A stretch of 64,000 bases of DNA from a bacterium (GTDB lineage Bacteria; UBA8248). The notes beneath the pieces were generated by a model. The model was not told where the DNA came from. It saw nothing but the letters and a program-made list of their open reading frames with translations, and ran no database searches. How positions within the stretch are numbered: position 1 is the stretch's first letter; the number at the start of each line of letters is the position of its first letter. Below, piece by piece: positions 37,765 through 47,472 of this stretch. Location of the stretch: assembly GCA_965199855.1 (NCBI GenBank), contig OZ241326.1, forward strand, positions 704,001-768,000. Reading direction: 5' to 3'. The position numbers and the translations under genes are program-made.

Positions 37765-38781
37765 GTGATCGTCGATATCGCCAACGCCGTCGTCCTGCTG
37801 CTGAACTTCGTCTTCGTGCCGGCGGTCGCCTACGCCTCGCAGCTCGCCCTGGGCGCGCTCGGCGTCACCCTGGTGTTCGGCATCCTGCGGTTCGCCAATT
37901 TCTCCCACGGCGACCTCATGGCCCTGGGTACGATGGCGGTGATTCTGGCGACGTGGCAGCTGCAGGCCTGGGGCGTCGGCCTCGGCCCGCTGCCGACGGC
38001 GCTGCTGGCGCTTCCGTTCGGGGCGCTGACGGCGATCGCCGTCAGCTTCGCCGTGGACCGCGCGGTGTTCCGCTTCTATCGAATCAAGCGGAGCGCGCCG
38101 ATGGTGCTGAGCATCGTCTCGGTCGGCGTGATGTTCGTGATGAACGGCGCCGTGCGCTTCATCATCGGCCCCGACGACAGAACCTTCGCCGACGGGGCGC
38201 GATACCTGATCACGGCGGGCGAGTTCAAGCGCGCGACCGGCCTCGATGAGGGGCTCTCCATCCGCTTCTCGCAGGTCCTGACCATCGTCGTCGCCGTCGC
38301 CGCGGTGGCGGCGCTGTTCTGGTGCCTCCAGCGCACGCGCATCGGCAAATCGATGCGCGCCTATTCCGACAACGAGGATCTCGCGCTGCTCTCGGGCGTC
38401 GATCCGGATCGTGTGGTGCTCGTGACCTGGGCCATCACCGCGGCGCTCGCGACCATCGCCGGCACGCTCTACGGCCTCGACAAGAGCTTCCAGCCGCTCA
38501 CGTATCTGCATCTTCTGCTCCCGATGTTCGCCGCCGCCATCGTCGGGGGCATCGGCCAGCCTCTGGGAGCGATCGCCGGCGGCTTTCTGGTCGCCTTCTC
38601 CGAGGTCATGGTCACCTACGCCTACAAGAAATTCCTGCGCTACCTGCTGCCCGAGGCCCTGCATCCCGATGGCCTGGTGCAGCTTCTCTCGACCGACTAC
38701 AAGTTCGCGGTCTCGTTCATCATCCTGGTGGCGGCGCTGCTCTGGCGGCCCACCGGCCTGTTCCGGGGGCGGGTCCTGTGA
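37765..38781 (+). CDS. branched-chain amino acid ABC permease (LivH-like)
   Basis: ALGVTLVFGILRFANFSHG, IGKSMRA, IVGGIG. Confidence 0.93.
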   Translation: MIVDIANAVVLLLNFVFVPAVAYASQLALGALGVTLVFGILRFANFSHGDLMALGTMAVILATWQLQAWGVGLGPLPTALLALPFGALTAIAVSFAVDRAVFRFYRIKRSAPMVLSIVSVGVMFVMNGAVRFIIGPDDRTFADGARYLITAGEFKRATGLDEGLSIRFSQVLTIVVAVAAVAALFWCLQRTRIGKSMRAYSDNEDLALLSGVDPDRVVLVTWAITAALATIAGTLYGLDKSFQPLTYLHLLLPMFAAAIVGGIGQPLGAIAGGFLVAFSEVMVTYAYKKFLRYLLPEALHPDGLVQLLSTDYKFAVSFIILVAALLWRPTGLFRGRVL

Positions 38782-40142
38782 GCGAGCGAACGCGCGCCAT
38801 CGGCGGCTTCTCGATCATGGCCGCGCTGCTGGTCGCCGTCGGCGTCGGCCAGTCCTGGTCGGTGAGCCTCGCGGTGCTCAACCTGTGCCTGATCTCGGCG
38901 CTGATGACGCTCGGCGTCAACATCCAGTGGGGCTACGCCGGGCTGTTCAACGTGGGTCTCATGGCCTTCGCGGCCCTGGGCGGGCTGGCTGGCGTGCTCG
39001 TCTCCCAGCCGCCCGTAGTTGCGGCCGCGGCGGCGGGCGGCGCGAACCTGCTGTGGGCGGCGGCCGCGGCGTCTCTGACGGGCGGCCTCGTCTGGGCGCT
39101 GCTCCGGCTGATGCCCCGCGGCCGTCTTCGCGCCTTCGCGCTCGCGTGCGTCGTCGTCGCCGGCTTCTTCGCGGCGAGGGCCTTCTTCGACCCCGCCGTC
39201 CGGGCGATTGAGGAGGTGGATTCGTCCACGAGCGGCTATCTCGGGGGGCTGGGCCTTCCCATCATCCTCTCATGGCCCGTCGGCGGCCTGTTCGCGGCGC
39301 TGGCCGCCCGCATGATAGGCCCCGTCGCGCTGGGGCTGCGCTCGGATTATTTCGCCATCGCCACGCTCGGCATTTCCGAAATCGTGGTCTCGGTGCTGAA
39401 GAACGAGGACTGGCTCGCCCGCGGGGTGAAGAACGTGACCGGCCTCGACCGCCCGGTGCCCTACGAGCTGGAGCTGCAGGGGGCGCCCTGGTTTCGGGAT
39501 TTCGTGGCCTCGCTGAACGCCGACGCCCTCGCCGCCCTCGCCGGGACGGAGCGCGCCGGGGCGCTGCGCGAGCTCGTCATCGAAGCGGCGAGCGTTTTCG
39601 TCAAGCTGTGCTACGCGGGCCTGTTCGCCGCCGTTCTCATCGTCATTTTTCTGCTCAGCGAGCGGGCGCTCCGATCTCCCTGGGGACGGATGATGCGCGC
39701 GATACGCGACAGCGAGGAGGCGGCCGAGGCGCTGGGCAAGGACGTCGTCTATCGCCACCGCCAAGTCTTCATTCTCGGCTCGGCGGTCGTGGGCGTCGCC
39801 GGCGCGATGCTCGTCACCCTGGACGGGCAGTTCACGCCCTCCGCCTACAATCCGCTGCGGTTCACCTTCCTGATCTGGGTGATGGTGATCGTCGGCGGCT
39901 CCGGCAACAACCTGGGCGCCGTGCTCGGCGGCTTCTTCATCTGGTTCGTCTGGATCGAGGCCGAGCCGGCCGGCCTGTGGCTGGTGAGCGCGGCGACCTC
40001 GGGGATGGAGCCCGGCGATCCGCTTCGCGCGCGCCTGGTCGCCTCGGCGGCCTACATGCGGCCCATTCTGATGGGGGTCATTCTGCTCGCGGTGATGCGC
40101 TTCAGCCCGCGCGGGATGATACCCGAGACCATCCGGCGCTGA
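38778..40142 (+). CDS. branched-chain amino acid ABC permease (LivM-like)
   Basis: GTG overlaps the upstream stop; NIQWGYAGLFN, LRSDY.AIATLG, WGRMMRAIRD, IVGGSGNN. Confidence 0.92.
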   Translation: MSERTRAIGGFSIMAALLVAVGVGQSWSVSLAVLNLCLISALMTLGVNIQWGYAGLFNVGLMAFAALGGLAGVLVSQPPVVAAAAAGGANLLWAAAAASLTGGLVWALLRLMPRGRLRAFALACVVVAGFFAARAFFDPAVRAIEEVDSSTSGYLGGLGLPIILSWPVGGLFAALAARMIGPVALGLRSDYFAIATLGISEIVVSVLKNEDWLARGVKNVTGLDRPVPYELELQGAPWFRDFVASLNADALAALAGTERAGALRELVIEAASVFVKLCYAGLFAAVLIVIFLLSERALRSPWGRMMRAIRDSEEAAEALGKDVVYRHRQVFILGSAVVGVAGAMLVTLDGQFTPSAYNPLRFTFLIWVMVIVGGSGNNLGAVLGGFFIWFVWIEAEPAGLWLVSAATSGMEPGDPLRARLVASAAYMRPILMGVILLAVMRFSPRGMIPETIRR

Positions 40143-40237
40143 GCGGCGCGCTTCGGAGAGGGCGTGGCCAAGAGGCGTCCCCGCGTCCCTGGCTCGGCTT
40201 CAGGGGGCGATTTCCCCGCCTTCGGGCAAGCGGCGCG

Positions 40238-40663
40238 TCAGCACCAGCTCTCCCGCCGACCGCCCGCGTAGGGCCGGGCGTGGCCCGCGTCCATCATCGC
40301 CCGGGCGAAGTCGCGCCCGTCCGCCAGCAGGATGCCCGCGTCCACGCGCCCGCCGAATTTGTCGTCCTTCACCCCGATGAGCCACACCTCCCGACCGATG
40401 ATCCCGCGGGCGTAGTCGCGCGCCGCCTGTCCCTTCCGGCGCTCCGCCTCGCACTTCGGGCGGAAGATTTCGGGCGCGTCCATGCCCAGCACCCGGACGT
40501 TGACCCGTATCGTCTGGCGCGGCCACGGCCTGGCGTCCACCTTGATCGTGTCGCCGTCCACCACGCTCACGACTCTCGCCGGGATGCGCTGGCCCTGGGC
40601 CGCGGCGGGCCCGGACAGGGAGAGGACGAACGGGAATGCCAGGAGGGCGAGGGCGCGGCGCAA
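40238..40663 (-). CDS. thermonuclease (SNase) family protein with signal peptide
   Basis: VVDGDT, RVLGMDAPE, DKFGGR, GHARPY; probable TTG start, start position uncertain. Confidence 0.85.
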   Translation of the reverse strand: MRRALALLAFPFVLSLSGPAAAQGQRIPARVVSVVDGDTIKVDARPWPRQTIRVNVRVLGMDAPEIFRPKCEAERRKGQAARDYARGIIGREVWLIGVKDDKFGGRVDAGILLADGRDFARAMMDAGHARPYAGGRRESWC

Positions 40664-40699
40664 TTTCCATCCCCGGGGGCGGAGGATGCTCAGACGCGG

Positions 40700-40793
40700 C
40701 GGGAGCGCGTGGGAGTCGAACCCACCGACGAAGTGGTTAGCCCCGTCCACTGGATTTGAAGTCCAGGCGGCACACCGGCGCCGATGCGCTCCC
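40700..40793 (-). tRNA. selC: tRNA-Sec (anticodon UCA)
   Basis: 8-bp acceptor GGGAGCGC/GCGCTCCC, 6-bp D stem, anticodon arm CTGGA-CTTCAAA-TCCAG, long variable arm, T arm GTGGG-TTCGACT-CCCAC, G discriminator; CCA not encoded. Confidence 0.95.
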
Positions 40794-40948
40794 AGAGGGA
40801 GAATACACCGGCGGGGCGGTTTCCGAAAGCGCGCTTTCCCGCCCGCGCCCCGCCTGAACGCTCCCGCCCGCGCCGGCCGGCTTGTCCCGGGGGCGCGAAC
40901 GCTCTACAACAACGGAGCGGAACGCAGCCCGGCGAGAGGAGGAGAGGG

Positions 40949-41851
40949 ATGGCGCGGCGCGTGGGAATCGTGGGCATGGGGCTGATGGGCCAGGCGTTCA
41001 TCAAGAACATGCGCGAGACGGGCTTCGAGGTGCAGGGCTTCGACGTGGACGCGGCGCGCATGGATGAGTTGCGCGAGCGGGGAGGCGAGCCGGTCGAGAC
41101 GCCGGCCGCCGCCGCCCGCGGCGTGAACTTCGTGATCGTCTCCCTGCCCGACAGCGAAATCGCGCGCGAGGCGGCGCTGGGAGCGGGCGGCGTCGCCGAG
41201 GGCGCGCGGGAGGGCCTCTACCTTCTCGATACGACGACCTCCCGCCCCGAGGATTCGGTCCGCCTCGCCGGAGACCTGGCGGAGCGGGGCGTCCGCTTTC
41301 TCGACGCCGCCGTGAGCGGGACGAGCGCGATGGCGCGGGAGAAGGATTTGATCGTCGTCGCGGGCGGTGCGGCGGAGGATTTCGACGCCTGCCGCGCCGT
41401 TTTCTCAGGGTTCAGCCGCGCGGCCTACCACATGGGGCCGATCGGCTCGGGGGCGCGGACGAAGCTGGTCGTCAACCTCGTTCTGGCGGGCAACCGGCTC
41501 GCCCTGGCGGAGGGGCTGCTGCTCGGCTCGAAGGCGGGGATCGCGATGGACGCGCTGCTGGAGGTGCTCCAGGACGGGGCGTGCGCCTCCAAGACGATGG
41601 CGGACAAGGGCCCCAAGATGATTCACGCGGATTATTCCAAACAGGGCCAGGTGAAGACCTCGCTCAAGGACGCGCGCCTGATGCTCGAGCAGGGCCGCCT
41701 CCACGGCTCCCCCATGCTGCTGACGGGCCTGTGGGCGCAGGTCGCGCAGATGGCCTATGAGCGGGGCTGCGGGGAGGAGGACACCGTCGCCTTCTACGAG
41801 GTTCTGCGCGAGCTGGCGGGGCTGCCGGCGAGAATCGGGGGGAAGGAGTAA
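40949..41851 (+). CDS. beta-hydroxyacid dehydrogenase family NAD(P)-dependent oxidoreductase
   Basis: GIVGMGLMG, DAAVSG, GSGARTKLVVN; AGGAGGAG SD. Confidence 0.92.
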   Translation: MARRVGIVGMGLMGQAFIKNMRETGFEVQGFDVDAARMDELRERGGEPVETPAAAARGVNFVIVSLPDSEIAREAALGAGGVAEGAREGLYLLDTTTSRPEDSVRLAGDLAERGVRFLDAAVSGTSAMAREKDLIVVAGGAAEDFDACRAVFSGFSRAAYHMGPIGSGARTKLVVNLVLAGNRLALAEGLLLGSKAGIAMDALLEVLQDGACASKTMADKGPKMIHADYSKQGQVKTSLKDARLMLEQGRLHGSPMLLTGLWAQVAQMAYERGCGEEDTVAFYEVLRELAGLPARIGGKE

Positions 41852-41899
41852 GGCCCCCCGGCGCGGAATCCTTCCCGGGGCGGGGGCGTCCGCGCGCGG

Positions 41900-42200
41900 G
41901 AGGGGCGTTTTTCTTGAAAATCGCGCCCTCGAATTGTTCCACGGAGGAGCCTCGCGCGCATTTGCCCGCAACTGCCCGCATTTGCGAGGCGGCGAGGGCG
42001 GCGGGCCGGGTTATATTCCTGATGCGGCGGAAGTGCGCCCATGGGGGGAAGGAAAACGGGCGAATCGGGGGCCGGCGGGATGCTCAAAGGGGTCTCAAAA
42101 GGGTCGAAAAAGGACGGGAAATAGCTGCGTATTTGTCTGTATCGGCCTTGAATTTGTCTGATTTTGTCGAAATTGGCAAAAGCGCATCCGCCGCTTTCAC
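41900..42200 (+). repeat. dispersed long repeat, copy B (3'-truncated)
   Basis: Aligns with copies A and C; has the half-site TGTTCCAC; lacks 11 bp relative to copy A in the TCAAAGG periodic tract. Confidence 0.9.
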
Positions 42201-42243
42201 CGCGGACGGAAACCCTCCCGGGCGCCCCAAGAAACCCCGCCGT

Positions 42244-43323
42244 CTAGTAGAGCTCCGTCGCGCCCTCGCCGGCGGCCTCCTGCTTGGGCCGCCAGCGCAG
42301 GAGGTAGCGCTCCAGCCGGTTCACGGCGGCGTTGGCGATGAGGACGATGAACATGAGCAGGATGAGGCCCGCGAAGGAGCCCGCGATGTTGAACAGGTTG
42401 CTCGCGTGCTGAATCATGAAGCCCAGCCCCTGGCTCGCCGCCATGAACTCGCCCAGGATGGCGCCGATGATGGCGAAGGGGACGCCGATCTTGAGCCCGG
42501 TCAGTATCCAGGGCATGGAGGCGGGCAGCGTGACCTTCCAGAGAACCTGCATCTCGTTCGCGCCCATGACCTGGGCGAGATTCCTGAGCGCCGGGTCCAC
42601 CCCGCGCAGGCCCGCGTAGGTGTTCATGAAGGTGAGGAAGAGCACCAGGCTCACGGCCAGGACGATCTTCGACTCGACCCCGATGCCGAACCAGATGATC
42701 AGGATGGGTGCCATCGCCACGCGCGGGATGCCGTTCACCGCGACGATGAAGGGGTCGAGTATCTCGGCGAGCGTCTCCAGCCGCGCCAGCACGAACCCCA
42801 GGGCGATCCCCAGCGCGGCGCCGATGACGTAGCCCAGGAACGCCTCGTACATCGTCGTCCAGGTGTCGATGAAGAGGCTGCCCGAGAGGGTGATGTCCAC
42901 CATGTAGTCGAGGACGCGAAGCGGCGAGCCGAACCAGAACGGGTCCACGCAGAGCCACCGCTTGGGGCCGATCTCCCAGGCGCTCAGCTCCCACATGACG
43001 AGAAAGCCGCCCGCGAAGGAGACGCGGTAGGCGAGCATCCGCAGGCGCGGATTCCCGATGAAGCGGCCCGCGCGCGTCATCGAGGCGTCCAGGACGGCGA
43101 TGGCGTGGAAGAACATCCCCGTGACCGAGCAGGCCATGTAGCCGCCCGCCGTCAGCGCGAGCAGGAGGGAGCCCTTGAGGTAGTCGCCCCGCCAGAGCTG
43201 GGGGACGCCCGGCAGGGGCAGGGTGAGGAGAAACGCGCCCCACTTCGGGAGGGCGCGCCGGGCGGGGGGCGCCTGGGGGTCCCTCCGCGGTTCATGCGTC
43301 CGGCGTCCGGTGGCGTCCGCCAT
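42244..43323 (-). CDS. NitT/TauT-type ABC permease with an extra N-terminal membrane domain
   Basis: IPRVAMAPIL.IWFG.G, GANEMQV.WKV.LP, AILGEF; N-terminal extension PGVPQLWRG...KG. Confidence 0.88.
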   Translation of the reverse strand: MADATGRRTHEPRRDPQAPPARRALPKWGAFLLTLPLPGVPQLWRGDYLKGSLLLALTAGGYMACSVTGMFFHAIAVLDASMTRAGRFIGNPRLRMLAYRVSFAGGFLVMWELSAWEIGPKRWLCVDPFWFGSPLRVLDYMVDITLSGSLFIDTWTTMYEAFLGYVIGAALGIALGFVLARLETLAEILDPFIVAVNGIPRVAMAPILIIWFGIGVESKIVLAVSLVLFLTFMNTYAGLRGVDPALRNLAQVMGANEMQVLWKVTLPASMPWILTGLKIGVPFAIIGAILGEFMAASQGLGFMIQHASNLFNIAGSFAGLILLMFIVLIANAAVNRLERYLLRWRPKQEAAGEGATELY

Positions 43324-43352
43324 GTCGATTCCCTCCCCGGCTCGCGGAGCGC

Positions 43353-44156
43353 CTAGGTCGCCGCCCCGTTCTTCATCCATTCCTCGCTGCGCCGCACCTC
43401 CTCGCGCAGCTCCTTCCACAGCTGATCGTAGGTTCGCCTGAACGCCTCCTGGCCGTGGATGGTGAACACGTCCCGCGGACGCGGGATGTCCACCCGGGTG
43501 ACGCTCCGCGTGGCGCCGGGCCGGCTCGTCATGACGACCACCCGATCCGCCAGGGCGATCGCCTCGACGAGGTCGTGCGTGATGAAGATGACGGTCTTGC
43601 GCGCCTCGCGCCAGAGCTGAAGCAGCTGATCCTGAAGGATGATGCGCGTCTGGGCGTCGAGCGGCCCGAAGGGCTCGTCCATCAGGATGACCTCGGGGTC
43701 GTAGATCAGCGTGCGGATGATGTTGGCGCGCTGGCGCATCCCGCCGGAGAGCTCGTGGGGATAGTGATCCTCGAACCCCGCCAGGCCCACCCGCTGGATG
43801 TATTCGCGCGCCTTCGCCTCCCGCGTCCTCTGATCGACCCCGCGCACCTCCAGGGGAAAGGCCACGTTCTTCAGCAGGGTGCGCCAGGCGTAGAGATAGT
43901 CCGACTGCGGCACGTAGCCGATCTCGGTGTTGATGCCCCGGAGCTCGCGCTCGCGGTAGGCGATGGCGCCCGAGGTCGGGCGCACCAGCCCGATGATGGA
44001 GTTGAGCAGCGTGGACTTTCCGCAGCCGCTCGGCCCCACGATGGTGAGGAACTCCCCCTCCTCGACGTCGAGGCTCAGGTTCTCGACGGCGAGCACGCGG
44101 CTACCCCGCGAGAGGAACTCCTTGTGAAGGCCGCGAATCGAGAGAATGGGAGGCAC
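43353..44156 (-). CDS. NitT/TauT-type ABC ATP-binding protein
   Basis: GPSGCGKST, YPHELSGGMRQR, MDEPFG.LD, ITHD. Confidence 0.95.
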   Translation of the reverse strand: MPPILSIRGLHKEFLSRGSRVLAVENLSLDVEEGEFLTIVGPSGCGKSTLLNSIIGLVRPTSGAIAYRERELRGINTEIGYVPQSDYLYAWRTLLKNVAFPLEVRGVDQRTREAKAREYIQRVGLAGFEDHYPHELSGGMRQRANIIRTLIYDPEVILMDEPFGPLDAQTRIILQDQLLQLWREARKTVIFITHDLVEAIALADRVVVMTSRPGATRSVTRVDIPRPRDVFTIHGQEAFRRTYDQLWKELREEVRRSEEWMKNGAAT

Positions 44157-44235
44157 GGAGCGTCGTCTCCGCCGCCGGGGAGAAGCCTCGCGCGGCTCCG
44201 CCCCGGCGGATTCGATGGGTGAAAAGGCGTCTCCC

Positions 44236-45276
44236 CTAGCGGGGCAGATAATCGTCCGAGACCAGAACGCTGCGCGGAAAGGGCTTCTTGAGCTTGCCCG
44301 CCGCGACGAGCAGGTTCTGGGTGATATCGACCGCGCGCTGGGTGACCTTCCCGTCCAGCGAGACGGCCTTCTTCACCGCCTCGATGCTGGCGCGCAGGAG
44401 GCGCTTGTCCGTCTTGGCGAAGTATATCTGGATGCTCTCCCGAATCCGCTCGGCGGAATTCTCGGAGATCCACCTGTTCGCCTTGAGGAGCGCGCGCACC
44501 ACCTTGCGGACGGTGTCGGGGTTCTTCTTCGCGTAGTCGGGCCGCACGAGCAGCACCTCCATCATGAACTGATCCATCTTCGGGTCCTCGCCCGCCGAGT
44601 TCGTGATGAAGGGAATGGCGCCGCCCCGGAAGACGGCCGTCTCCGGCACGGGAATGGTCTGGATGGCGATTTGTATCTTGTTCTGCTCGAGGGCGGCGAT
44701 GAGCACCGGCCCCGCGCCCGCGCCGATGAGCTTCACTTCCTTCTGGGGCGCGTAGCCCGCCTCGCGGATCCAGTATTCGCCCTGGTTGTAGGTGAGCGCG
44801 CCGGGGCGCGTGGCGCCCACGACGAGCCCCTTCATCTTCCTGAGCTTCTCCCTGTAGGGGGTGCTCGCGGTGATGCCCAGCTTCTTCGCCACGTCCTTGC
44901 GGATGGCGGAGTTGACGATGCTGCGGTTCAGGCAGCTCATCACGGCGATGAGGCGGCCGCCCGCCTTGACGGCGTTGATCTGGTAGGTGCCCGCCGCGAC
45001 GGAGAACTCCGCCTTGCCCGCGAGGTTGGCCTTGATGTCCGGGCCGCCGCCCCGGGTGGAGATGACCTCGACGGCCAGGCCCTCATCGGCGAAGTAGCCG
45101 TTCGCGCGCGCCACGTAGTTGCTGACGAAGGCGAGACTCTCCACCGCCTGGGTGATGATGACCTTCTTGACGGCCGCCTCCGGGCGGACGGCGGACGCGA
45201 GGATGAGCGCCGCCGCCACCGCGAGCGTCCAGATCGACCTGAAGAGGAAATTCCGCGGATTCGCTCCGTTTCCCAT
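44236..45276 (-). CDS. NitT/TauT (NMT1/SsuA-like) ABC substrate-binding protein
   Basis: Signal peptide; GYFADEGL.VE, GATRPG, NPDTVRKVVRAL. Confidence 0.9.
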   Translation of the reverse strand: MGNGANPRNFLFRSIWTLAVAAALILASAVRPEAAVKKVIITQAVESLAFVSNYVARANGYFADEGLAVEVISTRGGGPDIKANLAGKAEFSVAAGTYQINAVKAGGRLIAVMSCLNRSIVNSAIRKDVAKKLGITASTPYREKLRKMKGLVVGATRPGALTYNQGEYWIREAGYAPQKEVKLIGAGAGPVLIAALEQNKIQIAIQTIPVPETAVFRGGAIPFITNSAGEDPKMDQFMMEVLLVRPDYAKKNPDTVRKVVRALLKANRWISENSAERIRESIQIYFAKTDKRLLRASIEAVKKAVSLDGKVTQRAVDITQNLLVAAGKLKKPFPRSVLVSDDYLPR

Positions 45277-45769
45277 GATCTCAGCCCCCCTTTGGCCGCG
45301 AGGTTCGCGGCTCGCCTCATGGAATTTCCCGAGGCCCCGGGGCGGGACGCGCCCGGCGCGTCGGGAATATGGGACTCTCCTTCGATTCCTCCTCCGCGAG
45401 GAGCGCGGCGGCCCCGAAAGGCCCCTTTCCCGTTCTGATGAGCTGAAAGAATACCACACCCGCCGGGCGCGCCGCAAGACGGCGAAAACCGCCCCTGGTC
45501 CTCGATGGCGGGGAATGAGGCATGGCGGGAGCAGCCCTCTACCCGGCGCCGCCCTCTCGGGGGGCAAGGCGGTTTCGCCTTCGCAGGGGCGGTTCGCGAG
45601 CCGCCCGATTTGACGGCATGGGCCGACAACCCGGCGATCGTCCGTTTGGTTGGCGGGGCGGGTCGTTCCCGAACGACCCCTACGGGATTTTCGCGCCTTG
45701 GCGGGACGGGAATATAGCGCAGACAACCACGGGGGTTCTCCCCACGCCTCCCCCCGGGCGGCGGCCCGG

Positions 45770-46168
45770 GTCCGGAACGGGCGTTTTCCCCGAAAATCCC
45801 GCCGACGAAATGTTCCACGTGGAACAATCGCGAGCGCCTGCGCGCATTCGCCCGCATTTGCGAGGCGGCGATGGCGCCGGGCCGGGTTATATTCCTGGTG
45901 CGGCGAGAGTGCGCCCGCGGGGGGAGGGAAGGCGGACGAACCGGGGATTGAACGGGGTCGTCAAAGGGGTCTCTAAAAGGTGGAAAACAGCTCCCTATTT
46001 GCAGGATAAGGCCGTGAATTTGTCTGATTTTGTCGAAATTCGCAAAAGCGCATACGCCGCTTTCACGGAGCGAAAAGGGACGCATGAATGCGTGAGAAGC
46101 GCCCCTCGGCGCTTCACCTACGGGTGATGGCGGCGACGGTCCCGTAGGGGCGGTTCGCGAGCCGCCCG
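45770..46168 (+). repeat. dispersed long repeat, copy C
   Basis: Shares TTTTCCCCGAAAATC with copy A, GGGTTATATTCCTG and GAATTTGTCTGATTTTGTCGAAATT with copy B, and GCTTTCACGGAGCGAAA with copy A. Confidence 0.88.
45811..45826. promoter_or_regulatory. parS-type ParB-binding palindrome
   Basis: TGTTCCACGTGGAACA, a perfect 16-bp palindrome matching the chromosomal parS consensus. Confidence 0.75.
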
Positions 46169-46563
46169 TTTGGGGTGGTCGCCCATGGGCGACGGTCCCG
46201 TAAGGGCGGGGTTCTGTGGCCGCCCGTTTTCAAGAAAGATTCACAGCGGAGGCGGGTCGTTCCCGAACGCCCCCTACGGGATGGCGCGCCGTCGGGATGC
46301 GAACGCGGCGAAGGACAACCACGGGGGGTTGTCCCTGCGAAAGCAATCCGTTCGGCGGGCGGGGTTGGCGACGGTTCCGTAGGGGCGACCCCTCCCCGGG
46401 GCCGCCCCGCAATTCGGGAACCGCCCGCCTGCCGCCGAGCGAAACGGGACGCATATACGCGCCCCGCCTCCCGCCTCCTGCCCCTTCCGTCCTCCCGAAG
46501 CGCCGGAGGATTTCATGGCGCGGGGGCGCGGCAACCCCCTCAAGCCGCCGGGCGCCCCGGCCT

Positions 46564-47472
46564 CTACACGGGCTGATCCCCCTTGATCTGGGTGCGGTGC
46601 ATGACGCGCGGGTGGGTGCCGGCGTGGGGTTCGCGGTAGTGCATGGCGCAGCGGTTGTCCCAGAGGAGCATGTCGCCCGGCCGCCACTCGTGCGCCCAGA
46701 CGAGCTCGGGGCGGCAGGCGTGTTCCCAGAGGAAATCGAGCAGCTCCTCGCTCTCGGCCTCCTCCATGCCGTCGATGTATTGGGAGGGCCAGGCGCGCCT
46801 GCGGCCCAGGTAGAGCGCGCGCCTGCCCGATGCGGGGTGCGTCCGCGCGAGGGGATGATGCGGCCCCGGAACCTCCGAGGGCTTCGTGGGCATCCTGACG
46901 CCCGGGCGAAGCGTCCCCGCCGAGTTGCGGCTGGAGTCGTGGACGGCGGCGCGCCCCTCGATCTTCTCCTTCACCTCGTCGGGCAGGGTCTCGTAGGCGA
47001 GATACTGGTTGCTGAAGCAGGTGTTCCCGCCCGAGGGGGGAAGGACGCGCCCGTAGAGCAGGCTGCCCGCCGGCGGCTCCTCGACGTAGGAGTTGTCGCT
47101 GTGCCAGACGACCTCGCCGCTGCCCAGGCTGTCGTTCTCCTGCACGGGGCTTCCGTTCTCGTCCAGGTTGTGGACGACGGTGATTTCGGGATGCCGCGCC
47201 GCCCAGGACTGCTCCTTGCCCGCCTTGTCGTAGTAGGCTTTGGCGGCGCCCACCATGGGCTCGCCGAAGACGCGCGTGGCGTCCAGGTGCTGCTCCTCGG
47301 TGAGCTCCTGATCCCGGAAGAGCAGGACGAGATGCTCCGTCCAGGCGCCGCGCATGGCGCGGGCGACCTCCTCCGGCACGGGGCGGGCGAAGTCCACCCC
47401 CCTGATCTCCGCGCCCAGGGCGGCGCCCGTCGGGACGACCTGAAATGTGTCGAGTGAATTCTCCGCGCTCAC
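46564..47472 (-). CDS. TauD/TfdA family Fe(II)/2-oxoglutarate dioxygenase
   Basis: GTG after GGAGGAG; LGAEIRGVD, WHSD, HPLARTHP.SGR, WDNRCAMHYR. Confidence 0.94.
   Translation of the reverse strand: MSAENSLDTFQVVPTGAALGAEIRGVDFARPVPEEVARAMRGAWTEHLVLLFRDQELTEEQHLDATRVFGEPMVGAAKAYYDKAGKEQSWAARHPEITVVHNLDENGSPVQENDSLGSGEVVWHSDNSYVEEPPAGSLLYGRVLPPSGGNTCFSNQYLAYETLPDEVKEKIEGRAAVHDSSRNSAGTLRPGVRMPTKPSEVPGPHHPLARTHPASGRRALYLGRRRAWPSQYIDGMEEAESEELLDFLWEHACRPELVWAHEWRPGDMLLWDNRCAMHYREPHAGTHPRVMHRTQIKGDQPV

Larger units (their letters stand above)
45575..46460. repeat. mosaic of GTAG/GCAG-type REP-like hairpins, enclosing long repeat copy C
   Basis: Hairpins at 45583, 45660, 45722, about 46080-46122, 46144, 46200, 46254, 46313 and 46379, in both orientations. 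Confidence 0.85.

Noticed and set aside
40664-40750. Upstream extension of the nuclease ORF
   Set aside because: It overlaps tRNA-Sec; the signal peptide begins near 40663.
40700-40793. Intact integrative element at selC
   Set aside because: No integrase and no duplicated tRNA 3' end were found in the window.
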